This document shows, piece by piece, positions 1 to 13,110 of a stretch of DNA of 64,000 bases (positions within the stretch are counted from its first letter, which is position 1; every line of letters begins with the position of its first letter). The DNA lies in NCBI RefSeq assembly GCF_011386835.1, contig NC_088797.1:13764001-13828000 (forward strand), written 5' to 3'. The stretch is from Chrysemys picta bellii. Lineage: Eukaryota. The notes under the pieces are model-generated. The model had not been told where the DNA came from and did not search any database. It was given only the letters and a program-made list of their open reading frames with translations. A program made the translations under genes and the position numbers.

Positions 1-1928
1 CAAGCCCACCCCCATTTATTAAACAGATTGAGCACCTCCGCTGATCACAACTGTGGCACTACATCTTTAAATAGGGAAGAGTCAGGTAGGGAAGCCCCAA
101 TCCAGGTAAGTCCTTATAGATAAGCTCCTTGGGAAAGGATCCAATTTCTTGTTCTTTGTTTATATGGCAGCTAGCAAAGTGGCACACTGGTCTCTGACTG
201 GAGCTCTAAGCATTACCACAATATAAACAATATCACTTTCTAGCTTCCTACAAAGCAATGACTATAAAACATTACCAATTCCGATAGCTCTTTTTATTAT
301 TTTTATTTATTCAACCCATCTCTTTTAACAATACCTATACACGTCTTGTTTGACAGCTTTCTGTTGGAGAAGGTCTGTTTTTTTTCAACCTTTCCATAAA
401 TAAATTACAAAGATTCCAGATTTTATATTTCTTATTTATTTTCTCCTCAATGTTGGTATTCCACTTTCAATAAAGAAATAATTATTACATCACACAATTG
501 AAGGCTTTGTATGATTCTGCTCTATTTTTCTAATAATTTTCCTCCGAGGGGATTACACTAGCGATTGATGGAGTTTAAGAAAATTGTGGTTACTAATTAT
601 CACTTATATTTTGAAACAAGTGCAAATCACTGGGCACCACAATGTATCCAACCCAAACAATAATCAAAAATGAATCTAACTAACTACCCAGCAAATAAGA
701 ATTGAATAGAACTTAAAATCAATTAAACCATTTATTTTCAACTTTATTATTGAATAGATACTTCGGTATATATTAATTTGCTTCTCTTTTTATTTGCTCC
801 TGTGGTCTGCTTACTAATATGACTGAGATGCACAATTGCTATTTAATTAACCTTTTTCACGGTCTGCCTCTCACATACTCTGTGTGAAACACATAGACTG
901 AAGTTCCCATAATGCCAAGAATAAAAATAAGGGACTTGTAAGCATCAATGAATTAGCAAGTAAATTCCCATCAAGCCCAATATCTGAAATTTTGGGCCAG
1001 ACCCTCTGTCTCTGTAAATCAGAACTCAGTTCAATTCACTGAATTCTGAGGAGTTAGGCCAGTTTATATCAACTGAGAATATGGCCAAAACAATTTTCAC
1101 CAAAGGTGTGGCTTCAGATTATTGCATGTAAATTTGACCAATGTCGTTTTCATTGTTTCACATTAGTGAACAAAAAATCATTCACTACTTGACATGCAAG
1201 AGAAGGCTATTTCATAAAGCTAAGTTGTGTATTCTACTCTTCATGTTAATAGGGGTACGTTTACTCCCATACAACACAGCAATATTTTTAGCCTATCTGG
1301 GAACTCGGAGTCATTTGCCTGTCACTGCAGAAAACCTTGGTCAAAATCCTGACTTGGGACACAAGTGAATGTTTTACTTCATCTTGGCTCTTAGAAGATT
1401 TATTGTTGGACTGTTGCACTCTTTCCGAGGCCCAAATCACTGATCCCACAAAACACTAAGAGCTTTCAGTTCCCATTGGAAAAACTTGAAGTTGGTGAGA
1501 CTCAGCCTCTCAAGTGATTGTGCGATTGGATAGCGGCATGACAATGAATGAGGTGTCCTGGGAGTTCTGTGAAGAAGCTTTAATGTGGTGGGCACAATTC
1601 TTGGCTAGTGTAAATTGCTGTGTGCTGACCAATATTTTCTGTTTACTTGTACTCCCGGTCTGTATCCATCTCTTGTCTGCTGTCTTCTTCTTGGATTGTA
1701 AATTCTTCGGGGCAGAGGACCATCTCTTTGTTCCCGTGTTTCTACAGCACCTACCACAATGAGGCCCTGGTCCATGATCAGGTCTGTGAGGCACTGTGGT
1801 AGTACAAATAATTTATAATAGAGTCTGCTATCATTCTTCCTTGTCCTAACTGTTTTTCTCAACAAATAGAAAAGGGTTATTTTTTTAAAGCTAGTGTTCA
1901 GTAACCAAAAACACTCTCATGACGACAT

Positions 1929-2087
1929 GGAGGTTGTGGAATCTCCATCTGTGGAGATATTTAAGAGTAGGTTAGATAAATGTCTATCAGGGATGGTTTA
2001 GACAGTATTTGGTCCTGCCATGAGGGCAGGGGACTGGACTTGATGACCTCTCGAGGTCCCTTCCAGTCCTAGAATCTGTGAATCTAT
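1929..2087 (+). mobile_element. CR1 LINE 3' end fragment (a different subfamily from the 15.7-kb copy)
   Basis: gaggttgtggaatctccatct...ggactggacttgatgacctctcgaggtcccttccagtcctagaatctgtgaatct: CR1 3'UTR stem-loop and 8-mer tail. Confidence 0.85.
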
Positions 2088-5000
2088 ACCTTACATATTG
2101 ATGTGTGAGGATGGAGAAAACACCTTTCAAGAGATGAATTTTACACCAACTGTGAGCACAGCCTTTAAATGGCTAGAATGGCTCACTTTCATTAAATGTG
2201 GCAACTGGATATGCTACCCCTTTCCTACACAGCCTTCTTATGAACTAGTGGATTTGAAACTTAAATAAAACATGCACCAAAAAATAAAGCCACCATATAT
2301 TAGCAAGAAAACTACAAGTACAATAGTGCTCTCACTTTTTAAAGAAAAGTAGGTCTGCTTCTGCTTCTTGCTGCAGGACTGTTATCTTCAGTGAAAAGGC
2401 TCTTCCCCACTAGGATCAGAATTCACCAAATCTCTGTTCCCCAAAGATTAAACCTGAAAAGGATATAAATATTACACAGAGAAGGGGTGAAAATGATACT
2501 GCAGTATGTATGGCACCATGCAATAGTTAAATAGGACTGCAGAGAAGCCCTGACACAGACTTGTTGGATTATAAGAGCATAGTTTACTGTATATGTAAAG
2601 CATCCAGTTTAATTATAGGGATTTGTGTAATCATCTTTTATGTGGTCATAGCAAACATAAAGCCCTAATTGAAACCGGTGAACAAGTATATATATTTTAT
2701 CTGTTTTTTGGTAAGGTTTGACACACTTGATCAGTGAACAAAATTGATTCCCTAATCAGAATCTGTGTTAGGATATCCAGTTAAAGATGTGTGCAGCTCT
2801 CTCTCAGTATGCATCTTTGATTCATGTGCTAATTGTGTAGGTCCTTTGGGGAAATACAGCAGCGAAGCAGTGTACTTCCTGATTAATGCTGGGGAAGAGA
2901 CATGCAGTGCTCAGTGGATAGCAGTTAAGCATCTCTAGTCCCAGCTGAGAATATGGTTCCATTATCTCCCAGCTGCATAGACAATCCATAAGGGCCTGTT
3001 CTGCCTGGCTGATCAGCATCGTGGAAGGAGTGACTTGCTGAGAGCTGAAATCTTTGTTTGATTTGCTGTAAAATGTAAAAGAAACTGGGACATTTTACTT
3101 TACAGTTCTGTAAGTACCAGTTTTGCCTCTAAAGCTGCATGTGAATGTGACTTTGCCCGATGCATTTGATTTTCTATTCCACTGCTCTTTGTTGAATCTA
3201 ACTGGTGAGACAGGGTATAATCTGTTTAGCGCTTGCAGTTTTCTTTGGGTCCTTTATACAGGCATGTAATTGATTCACTTAAGCAAATTAGTTGTCTTTT
3301 TTTCCAAAATGCTTTTTATGAACATTAAAGATCTCGCTACATGGGTAGTAGTGTGTTGTTTCAAAGGCTCGTGTGAGACATCTTAAAGCAGGCATTTGGG
3401 TCTTTTACAGTTTTTCTATGCATATCAATGACAATAGTATGACCAAAAATTATTTAGCTGAAACAGGTGCTTGTATTCTGTATTATAATGTAGAAAATAC
3501 TTGTTGACAAAATAGTTCATTCAAGCTGCCAGCTTTCTGTCTTCTCCATAAACACAGTGTGGGAAAAGAGGAGAAGTGAAGTGTTCAGTGAGTTGCAAAG
3601 TGCTTTAAAACTTTCTTTTTAAAATGTACATGCATATGTATAATGGAATGTCTGTGGTATTGATTAATTTCACTTAAATGTCGAGGATTGAATTAAAATG
3701 TAAGACAAGCATGTGCAATATACAGTAAGAATCTCATTTTGTTTGCAAGGCATATTGTGAACACAGATGTGACTAACTCAAATTTGGAGTAGGTGTTTTA
3801 TTTATTTTTAGGAAAAGATGCAATATATCAACATGCTTTATATAGCCCTGATTACTGTAATATCTGAGCAGCCATCAGGTTAATATATGTCATTTACAAA
3901 GATGCATTAATCTAGCACTGTACTTGCAGAAGAAATAAGTTTTTGCAGTGACTTGCAAATTATAAGTGACAGTAGTGGCATTAAAATTAATATCAGTATT
4001 AATATTATTTTTTCTGGCTTTCATGGGCTTTGTCTTCCGGTTCTATACATTTATGTAATATGTGGCTTTACATACAGTGCCCTTGGACTTCTTGTGCTAT
4101 AGGTCAAGCCCTGGAATAGATGAAAGTAATTCAAAATTGTTCTGATTTGAAGGGTAGAATAGTCAGACAAGCTGAATGAAATCCTGTGATGCAGAAGGTA
4201 CATAAGGAGTGCAAATATTTTTTTCCTGTATAGGCAATAAGTCTCAAAGCTGAGAAAACCACAGGCTGTGAAGTATGAAAGTGTCTTTCTGGTGAGGACA
4301 GAGTATTTTCTCATTAGACTTGGTTAAGGGGAACAGCACAAGAAAGAGTGGAGTCACAATAGATGGCTACCTGCGGTAGTACAGATATTCTCAGATCCTA
4401 GGGATCCAGGGAGAAAATAAGGAAAATATAACATTTAGTAAGAGGAGATGCTAGAGAATGAATACAGTATTTCCATGTGCCTTCCATATGCTGGGATTTT
4501 AGTGTGGAGGTTTCTGCTTCCATGGAAAAGGGTAAGTCTGAATTAAGTATTACAGAAAACATGTTTAAGGTTAATTGGTCTCAGCAACTGCCTCCTAAGC
4601 ATTGTTTTTTTTCATAATTGAAAGAAGAACTTGTCCTCATTTCAAAATAGAAGGCATCTCCAATGAGCCCCGCTGTAGAAAGAGCTACATGGGTATTATG
4701 ATAATTTGTTTCTTTAGGAACGGTGTTATTTCAGCATTTCTGTAATGATTATGAGCACATGCAGCATGAAATGTGATATTGCTCTAATATGCGTTAGCTA
4801 AACCAATGTACTTAGTTATCTGTCAGCCTTTTGCAAATATGTATGTTTTCATAAAAATGAGAGCTATCATTTTCATTTGTCTCAGGTTTTTACACTGGGA
4901 GATTTGTTTGCTCGAACTTGACCTCCTAGTCAAACTTCCCTAGCACATTTAAAATTTACTGGTTTGCGACTATACAGCATGATTTCTCCAAAGATTTTTT

Positions 5001-5545
5001 TTATTATTATTTTTATAGCTGTTATTTAGTTTTCAGTTTAGTTTAAACTTAGAACTAAGATTTTGAGGAGAGTACAAGCTATGAGGGAATGTTCACTGTT
5101 CTTACTTAGCCTCAAGACACAGCTATTTTGAATATTAGTGAGCAGTGTTTGCCATTACTAATTTTTGTGTTGTTCCTTATCATTTTGGGAGATTTGAAAA
5201 TTTAAGCAACTGACTGCAACTGTGATGGAGTAGTCAGAAGCAGCTATGCAAAATATCCCCAAAAGGAGCTGAAATATACTCGTGGAAGTCAAAAGTTGAA
5301 TTCCGGAACACTGTGCAGTTTGTTGCATAGTGCTAACACACCTTGCAGGCAGGTGTGAACTTGAAACAAAGGGTTTTGATTTCAATCCAGATTTGCTTAA
5401 AAATGTATATGAGGGAGAAGAGGGAATTAAAAGAAAACGGCAATGCCAGCAATGCTGCAGAACAACAACAACAGCAATTATTATTGTCCATACTGCGTAA
5501 TCAAGTGGTTTTACTGGTCTTGTAAATAATAATGCTTAAGCTTAC

Positions 5546-5668
5546 AGCCCTGGATCAGCAAGATACTTAAACATGTGTGTGGTGTTTAAGCACATGGGTT
5601 GAAGTCAATGAGAGTCCTTATGTGCTTAATGTTAAGTTCATGGTTAAGCACTTGGTTGAATCAGGGCC
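5546..5668. mobile_element. Short palindromic MITE (Harbinger-like hairpin family)
   Basis: Ends agccctggatcagcaagatacttaa ... ttaagcacttggttgaatcagggcc are inverted; central gaagtcaatg core. Confidence 0.6.
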
Positions 5669-5669
5669 T

Positions 5670-5910
5670 TATATAGCACTTTCCGTATGAAATTCTCAAA
5701 GTGCTCCACAAACTGATGAAATAAGCCTCACGAGGCACCTATGCCCTGGCTTAGCATTATTATCCCTCTTCTACAGAAGTGGAGATTGAGGCACAAACAC
5801 ACTTGGCAGAGACTTGCTCAAGGTCCCAATACAGCAAGTCTGTGCTGCAACCAGAAGTGTAAACCTCTGCACCCAGTTTCTAGTCTCCTGTTCTAACTAC
5901 TGGTCACTTC
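5670..5910 (-). mobile_element. MIR/CORE-type SINE relic
   Basis: attattatccctcttctacagaagtggagattgaggcaca...gacttgctcaaggtcc, the antisense of the CORE domain. Confidence 0.6.
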
Positions 5911-8149
5911 TGATGTACAAAAACAAAAACAAAACCACTTGTTGTAAGATTAGGAACAGTCCTTGTCCCTTTGATCACCTACATTGTTAGTGTCTCTCCA
6001 CAGCATTAATTAATTCATTTCCACATAAGACAAAAGAAACTTTAAAAAAAACACTGTACTGGTTATTGCAACTTAAAAATACGGCATAAAATTGCCAGAA
6101 CAATAATAGCATTCATCTTTTCAGAGGTACAGAACTTGCTGAATGCCAAATGAGTCATTACCCATTTGTTTCTCAGAAGTGGAGTTGTACATGGGGAATT
6201 TTATTTCTCTAATGTTAAGCTGTTGACATGACAAAATTAGGTCAATGCAAATTATTTGCTAAAAATGTGCACGTAACACATGATTTGTTGCATATTACAA
6301 TCGCTAACCCTGTAGAAGTTTTAACTCTGAAGCAACCCAGATGAGCTAATGTTGCTGCCCACCCCAGAAAATAATAATCCTGGGAAATCCTTATGATGCA
6401 TTGATTATGGATTTATAGTAAGTACTTTCAAACCTGTGGTTCTTATAGGACCCTACTTTAAACATATAGTTACTGACCTCCAAGTGTTGCTTCATCACAT
6501 GAGGATATTTTAAAATGAGCATTTGTTAAGTAACTGCAAGAAGATCAGATTACTATGAGTTAGTTTTCTACAGGCTAATTTGTTGAAAGAAAGAAATAGC
6601 TACCTAGCAGAGAGTGTAAATTTGTTCATGTACTTTACACACAACTGAAGACAATAAGAAATTATTTAATGAGCACTTCTTTAAGAGCTGATGGACATTG
6701 ATTCTCACTAACATTCAGTGCTTGTATGTTGACGTGGAGGAATATATGTAATATAAAACAGGACAATGCAGTATTTTCTGGATGCTATGAGTGCACCGCA
6801 TACAATTGTATGTAAATATGCACGAACTTCTTGAGAGAGAGAGAATGGTATTATTTCAGGTTTGCTTTGTTGTACTTTAGGAATTCTAATTTCACCCCTG
6901 ATTAAATTTATATAGTGTAACATATTGAAGCAGGAAATAGTTAATTTTTATGAGATCAATGCAGTATGTGAAAATTATTTGCTTTTGGTTTTGCAAGTAT
7001 CAGTATGCTTGCTGGACAGCACAGAGCCAATTAAGTGAAAGCAGCGATGCAAGATTATCTATACAGTTTTTGTCATTGCATTCTTCCTCTCCATCCAGGC
7101 AATGAATTTCCATATTAAAGTATAATATACTCTTATCCACATAGTCTCTCTCTTATGCAGAATAGAATGGTGACAGGCAGGATTTCTTTACACTGTTAAT
7201 TCTTTAGCTGCAGTCTTATATATTTTCTTCAGTGGCATCATGGGTTTAAACCAATGAATGAGAAGATTTTGGAAATACAGTTCAATATTGGTTAGTTAAT
7301 AGTTCCAATGGTGTACCAGACAGTTTTATTGTATTGTATGAGAAAGCTATAAATCATAGACAAGACATGGCTGTATTTACACAGGGACCCTTCTGGTAGA
7401 GTCCTTTTTTTCTATAATTAAAAGATACATATTCTAAAGGAAGGAATAAAGTAGTAGTTTTGTTTATAAAGTAAAACAGGATTAGCTTGTTTTTTTCAGC
7501 AAGGGAAAGCCAGTGATTTAATGTTAAGAGGAAAGAATCAGAAGAATTGCAAAGAAATAAAGTATATCTTATGGCAAGATATAGAATGCAGTGCTGTAGA
7601 TTTTAGAGGAGATGGCAGAATTTACAGAAGCTGACTATCCCAGGCAGTTGGCAGAAGGGACTAAAGAAGACAGATTTAAGACTTGCCAGGAGGAAACCCT
7701 ATATCAGTGGGTAGATTCAAGTGCCCTGCAAAGGAAATGTAAATAAGGCAGTAGAATCTGAGAGTTCTGTGGTCAAATGAAATGCACAGAAACAGCTTCA
7801 AGCCGAGGAGGGAAGATGTGGTGTATGTGGAAAAATATCAAATGTAAGACCACTGGGACAAATTTAGAAACGGCTGCCGCATGCATTGGTAAGTTACTGT
7901 GTAAATGATTATGAAATTTGAATAGCTTGTAGTGAGATGTTAAAAAATGTTGTTGCCTCTAGCTGCTTTTTGATGCCTAAACGTGTTAATAAAATTACTG
8001 TGTATGCTTTTAAAAAGTAAAAACTACTACTCCGTGGGAAGTTGTTACAGTGATACTAGAAGTGCCCTAGGATTCTGCTTTAGAAACACAGAATCTCCCT
8101 GCAAAGTTACATGAATGTGGTTACCTGATAGGCATTACTAAACAGTTTT

Positions 8150-8344
8150 CAGTGTTGCAATGTTGTAGCCGTGTCAATCCCAGTATATTAGGGAGACAAA
8201 GTAGGGTAATATCTTTTATTGGACCAACTTCTGTACATTTCCCAGACCTGAAGAAGAGCTCTGTGTAAGCTCGAAAGCTTATCTCTCTCACCAGCAGAAG
8301 TTGGTCCAGTAATAGGCATTACCTCATCCACCGTGTCTCACTAA
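8150..8344. mobile_element. Penelope-like element terminal-repeat remnant in inverted arrangement
   Basis: tgttgtagccgtgtc...gtaatatcttttattggaccaacttctg followed by tttcccagacctgaagaagagctctgtgtaagctcgaaagctt...cagaagttggtccagtaataggcattacctc; the ~50-nt arms are inverted. Confidence 0.65.
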
Positions 8345-10209
8345 ATAATAGGAAATTTGTATATATAAAGTACACTTTCTAGTTTTGGGAGCGTATTATT
8401 GTGAATGAGTGATTCAAACTGAAGTGTGTGTATATGTGTAATTATACCACAAATATGGAAAATGTGTTTAGTTAGCACAAAGACATTTTCTAAACCATTT
8501 GTATTGCCTTCTCTGAGTCTGAGAATCAAAACCATTGTACTGTATCTAGGTGCTATAGACATTTAGTAAAATGTTGTTTGCCTTCCGGACATATTATTAA
8601 TGAACAAGGTCAGTCATTAGGCACAGTAATTTGGAAGTGGTGTCTTGTTCTGCTTCTTTGAATGTTTGTACGTTCAGGCCCCTTTTAGAGTAGGAGAGCT
8701 GCTTGCACAGAAAGAATTTCATGACACTAAAATAAATCCTTGGGGTGGCTCTCAGAACAGAGGAAATATTGTGATCAAATATGGTTTCTAGGGCGTGTAA
8801 GTGATGTATGGTGCAAAAGCAGATTCTGTAATTCGAAGTGGTCTGTTTGTCTTCTTCAGTTATTGATATATTTATGGAGTGGGAAGATGCAATGGCTAAG
8901 AGATACTCCTGGGTCCCGCATACTCCCTGCCCTGGCAGTACCCCCTTTGGGAAAACTTATTTACTACTATAACCTCTCTTAAATTATTGTGTTTCTTGTT
9001 GAAACTATGTAGAATACAGTACACTTAAAAAATTACATATGTTAGATAACTCTATAGCTACACTTGTATGAGAGAAAATGCTATCTCACTATTTTACAGT
9101 AAACGTAGCCAAACTATTGAGGATAATATTTTAACAAAATGTTCTATTTTGAAGGTTAATGCTTCCCCGCAAATTAGAAAACCTTGTGTAAAAATACAAA
9201 CACAGTATTTTTTTTATCTTGGGAAGTTGCCATGTAGATGGAGCAATATGTTAAATGCGTAATAAAAGAGGTGTACAAATCTAGATTTTTCACCAAGTAG
9301 ATTGACTTCAACATATCTCACAATATCCTCTTTATATGCTTCATAAGATGCAATTGGTATCCTACTTGAAGGACTAGATAAAGACTAGAGACAGTTCCCT
9401 GACTTCTTTTTTCAAGTAAAACTAAGCAGCTGCAGTTAATGAAGAGCTAGTAGATCATCCCACATCTGTCAGGGAGTATTCACCCAACAGAGTGAAGAAA
9501 TGACGTTAAAGATTAGAGAGGGAAAGTAGGAGAGTTGCTAAATTGAGCAGAATAGGCAGCATTGCACTGCACTAATAATAGAAATACTGTAATAATTTTA
9601 ATCTGTGCAAGATGTATAGTTTTAGAAAGAAAAGCACGGTAGAATAAAACCAGGTAACTTGTCTCATAATCCTATGTTGGGCTATACTAAACTTTTCCTA
9701 TGTGAGGTTGAAAATTATGAACCTAAATGTGGGAATCAGCAAATACTGGTGCACTGTGTTGGCATAACAAACATAGGAGAATATACTTGTACATTCATTA
9801 AAGCCAAGTGCATTTTCTGATGGGCAAACAAAACCTCCTTCTCCTTTAACATGATTGTAAAGTCTGGGCTAGCTGGGTTTGTGCCTGATTTACTAAATTT
9901 TCAAGACAGTTTTACAAAACTGAGTTTTATTAGAGATGGGCCTAAGCTGAAAAGTTCAGCTCTGGGTCCACACTTCCCCAAGGTCCAAGAGTGTTTGGAT
10001 CCAGGATTTCAGCTCAGACATCGAGACAGTTTCTGCATTTTGGATTTGTTGCAAAAATGAACTGCCGGGGAAATCTGAAGAAAAGAGTTTGTGAAAACTC
10101 AAGGTTTAATATACTGTTCGACCTAAGTCCCATTTTCAAAAGTGACTTCAGCACTTAGAAGCCTTATCCCCATGCACTTTCAATGACATATAAACTACTA
10201 CCTGCCTAA

Positions 10210-10396
10210 TGGCCAGATTTTTAAAGGTATTTAGGTGCCAAAAGATGCAGATAGGCATTAGAGGGTTTTTCAAAATCACTTAGATGTCTAACTCTCATTG
10301 ATTTCTATTTGTGTAAGGTACCTGTTTGCTTTTGAAAAACACACTAGATGTTCATGTACATCTTTAGGTGTCTAAATACCTTTACTAATCTGGCCC
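10210..10396. mobile_element. PIF/Harbinger-like MITE with TAA TSD, nested in an older palindromic element (~10128-10440)
   Basis: TIRs ggccagatttttaaaggtatttaggtgcc / ggtgtctaaatacctttactaatctggccc; TAA at 10207-10209 and 10397-10399. Confidence 0.75.
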
Positions 10397-10908
10397 TAAG
10401 ACTCTTGAAAATGGGACTTGGGAGCCTAAATCACATAGGTACTTTTGGAAATGTTACCCAGAATCTTTGATTGTATATTTATTTATTAGCCTTATGGAGT
10501 GAAGTGTTAAGTGTTTCAGTGAGTCTTATGAGTCAATTTCTTTCATTTATGATGTCCCTTGTTCTACTCTTAGGCTGAAGTTTAGGTCCACTGTGTCTCT
10601 AGCTAAGTTTTGGAGATTGTTGGCATGAACTATATTTCTGTGTAGAAAAAGAGTTCAGAGGCTACAGTATTATTGGCATTGCCTTTGTGGTTGTTGCATT
10701 TGCCAATCACAGTGGCTCTGGGGTTTCCCAGCACAAGACCGGGCAGGAAATGCATTAGTTTCTCCAGTAATTCTATAGTTCCTTCTCCTGGAGGTCTGCT
10801 AACCACTAGTGGGAGTTGTGCTTGCAGGGAGATGACAAGGTAGGGATGCTGTAGGTAGCAATCTGTGGTCTTGGGGTTGTATTATCCTTCATCTTTTGAT
10901 GGTAGCTC

Positions 10909-10924
10909 TGCTGCCTCCTGGTGG
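10909..10924 (-). promoter_or_regulatory. Candidate CTCF binding site
   Basis: The minus strand reads CCACCAGGAGGCAGCA, close to the CTCF core consensus CCACCAGG(G/A)GGC(G/A)(C/G); motif evidence only. Confidence 0.45.
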
Positions 10925-11466
10925 ACAAAGGCACCGGCCCACTGGTCAGTAGGTCTCCACTGCCCAGGCACTGTGGTGCTTATCAGCTAGTAAGGCTGAT
11001 AAGCACTAAAGGATACGGGCTATTCTATTTCCAGATTAACCAATAAAAACAGAATTGATACTAAATAAACACTATAACCACCTTGATGCATATTTTATTC
11101 CACAAATCTTTTGTTTCACCACTTTCTGAATTATTTTAACTGAGTAGCTTGAAGTCCTGCATGAGATTTGAGCTAGCCATTGAAAATGATTTATAGCTGA
11201 CAGCTCTCTTTTTGCAATGCCCAGAGATCGAAGATTCATGTAAGATTAATTGTGATGGAAGGTGCTGACTTTTCTTCTAGCAGTAGAAAAGTGGAGTTTG
11301 GTATCTTTATATAGAATGTGCCTCTGAATTCTCACTAGAAAATCCCAAATTTTCACTGTCAAGGCTATTATTAGCAGTTCCCAGTATACAACCTGTTGAT
11401 ATTGACAGCTTTGTTTAACATAGAAAGGACATGAGTGACAGAGTGGTCCCTGATATTAAAAGACTA

Positions 11467-11764
11467 GGGCTTGGTCTACACTACCCCCCCTAATTCGAAC
11501 TAAGGTACGCAACTTCAGCTACGTGAATAACGTAGCTGAAGTTCGAAGTACCTTATTTCGAATTAGTTGAAACTTACCTTGGTCCACACTCGGCAGGCAG
11601 GCTCCCCCGTCGACTCCGCGGTACTCCTCTCGGCGAGCTGGAGTACCGCAGTCGACGGCGAGCACTTCCGGGTTCGACTTATCGCGTCCAGACTAGATGC
11701 GATAAGTCGAACCCGGAAGTTCGATTTCCAGCCGTCGAACTTGCCGGTAAGTGTAGCCAAGGCC
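11467..11764. mobile_element. Young PIF/Harbinger-like MITE with three internal hairpins
   Basis: TIRs gggcttggtctacact / agtgtagccaaggcc; CpGs retained; internal inverted repeats visible. Confidence 0.8.
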
Positions 11765-12272
11765 TTTGTCACTGTAAAATATATATTTATTACATATTAT
11801 GTATCTAATATTGTGATCTGAAGGGACAAGGGGATAGGTAGATTCTGATTCCCTAACTCACAGTAAAAAGACACACTGCACTCCACAAATAGTCCCATTG
11901 AAATCAGTGGGATAACTCATGGGGTAAGGTGCTATTACATGAGAGCAAGGCTATCAGAATCTTCTCCTAACTATGTATTTTGTGTTCATGATCACTTGTG
12001 GTATCTTAAGTATTTAGACCTAATTTTGCCCTCAGCTACGGAAACTAAGGACCACATTTTCGCTATCGTTTGTGCCTACCTGATTGGAGTCTCCATTTGC
12101 TGACACATTCTGGGTTTTGTGGGCATATGCAGTTGTGATTACAGATTTTAAATATAAGTAGAATACACTTAATGAACCATTTTGAAAAAATTAAACAAAC
12201 AAGACAAAACTTTATGTGACAGGTAAAATTACAATGTTTATAATGTTTCCAAAATTGGTTTCTATCTTTATA

Positions 12273-12362
12273 GGGTTATATCCTCAGCTGGTATCAAATG
12301 GGATAGTCCATTTAAAAAATCAAATGAGCTATGTCATTTTACACCAGCCGAGGATCTGACCC
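12273..12362. mobile_element. ~90-bp hairpin MITE
   Basis: gggttatatcctcagctggtatcaaat ... attttacaccagccgaggatctgaccc; ATA on both sides (3-bp TSD-like). Confidence 0.65.
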
Positions 12363-12938
12363 ATATTCTTTAAAACAAAAACGTACCTCCTAACTGTTTC
12401 TTAATAGCCTGGAAACTCCTTTTATGCTAAGTGGCAGATTGCCTGGTATCAAATTGATGTAGTATTTTAAAGTTAAAGATCTATACGCAGAGTGTTAACA
12501 AGGTTGTTGCATTTTCCACAGAGACACTAACAAATGATGCAGTCTTAAATATCAATTGATTTAGAATATCTTTTAACCTTACATCAATATTAGGGCTTAG
12601 TATAACTCTTCCACAAGAAATCTACGGTGTGATCTTTGTACTTCATGTTAGAGTGCATCTTACATACATCCTATGTTATGTTAAATATCATCTCTTTCAT
12701 AAATTATCCGACATTTTTATCCATTTGATTGTATTGCTGTTTAGATTTTTCTAGGCACAAACATGTATCTGTAGCATTGGTAACCAAATAGTCAAGCAGC
12801 TAAGACTTTAGAAACTTGCTTTTGTATTGTGTTTTGCCATCTTTGCAGCATCTTTGCATCAGCCATGCCTCCAGTGCTATCAGTAAAGAACTACGTTCTT
12901 CTCAATTCTCACCAAGCTATACCAGTTTCCATACACAG

Positions 12939-13110
12939 GTCAAGATTTTCAAACTTGATTAGTGATTTTTGGGTCCCCAATTTGGCATGCCTTAAATGGC
13001 CCTGATTTTCAGAAAGTGCCGAGCATCTACCCTCTGAAAATTAGCATCCTGGAAGGTGTGTCAAGTTAGGCACCCAGAATAGCTTAGTCATATCTGAAAA
13101 TCTTTCCCCA
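12939..13110. mobile_element. Palindromic MITE (Harbinger-like)
   Basis: ggtcaagattttca ... tgaaaatctttccc ends; internal gattttcagaaag / ctctgaaaatt hairpin. Confidence 0.55.

Noticed and set aside
1510-1865. Overlapping 82-94 aa ORFs on both strands
   Set aside because: No recognisable domain; not an Ig-domain exon of contactin.
10976-11006. Resemblance of gcttatcag to miR-21
   Set aside because: Only a 9-nt match, and the stem is far too short for a pre-miRNA.
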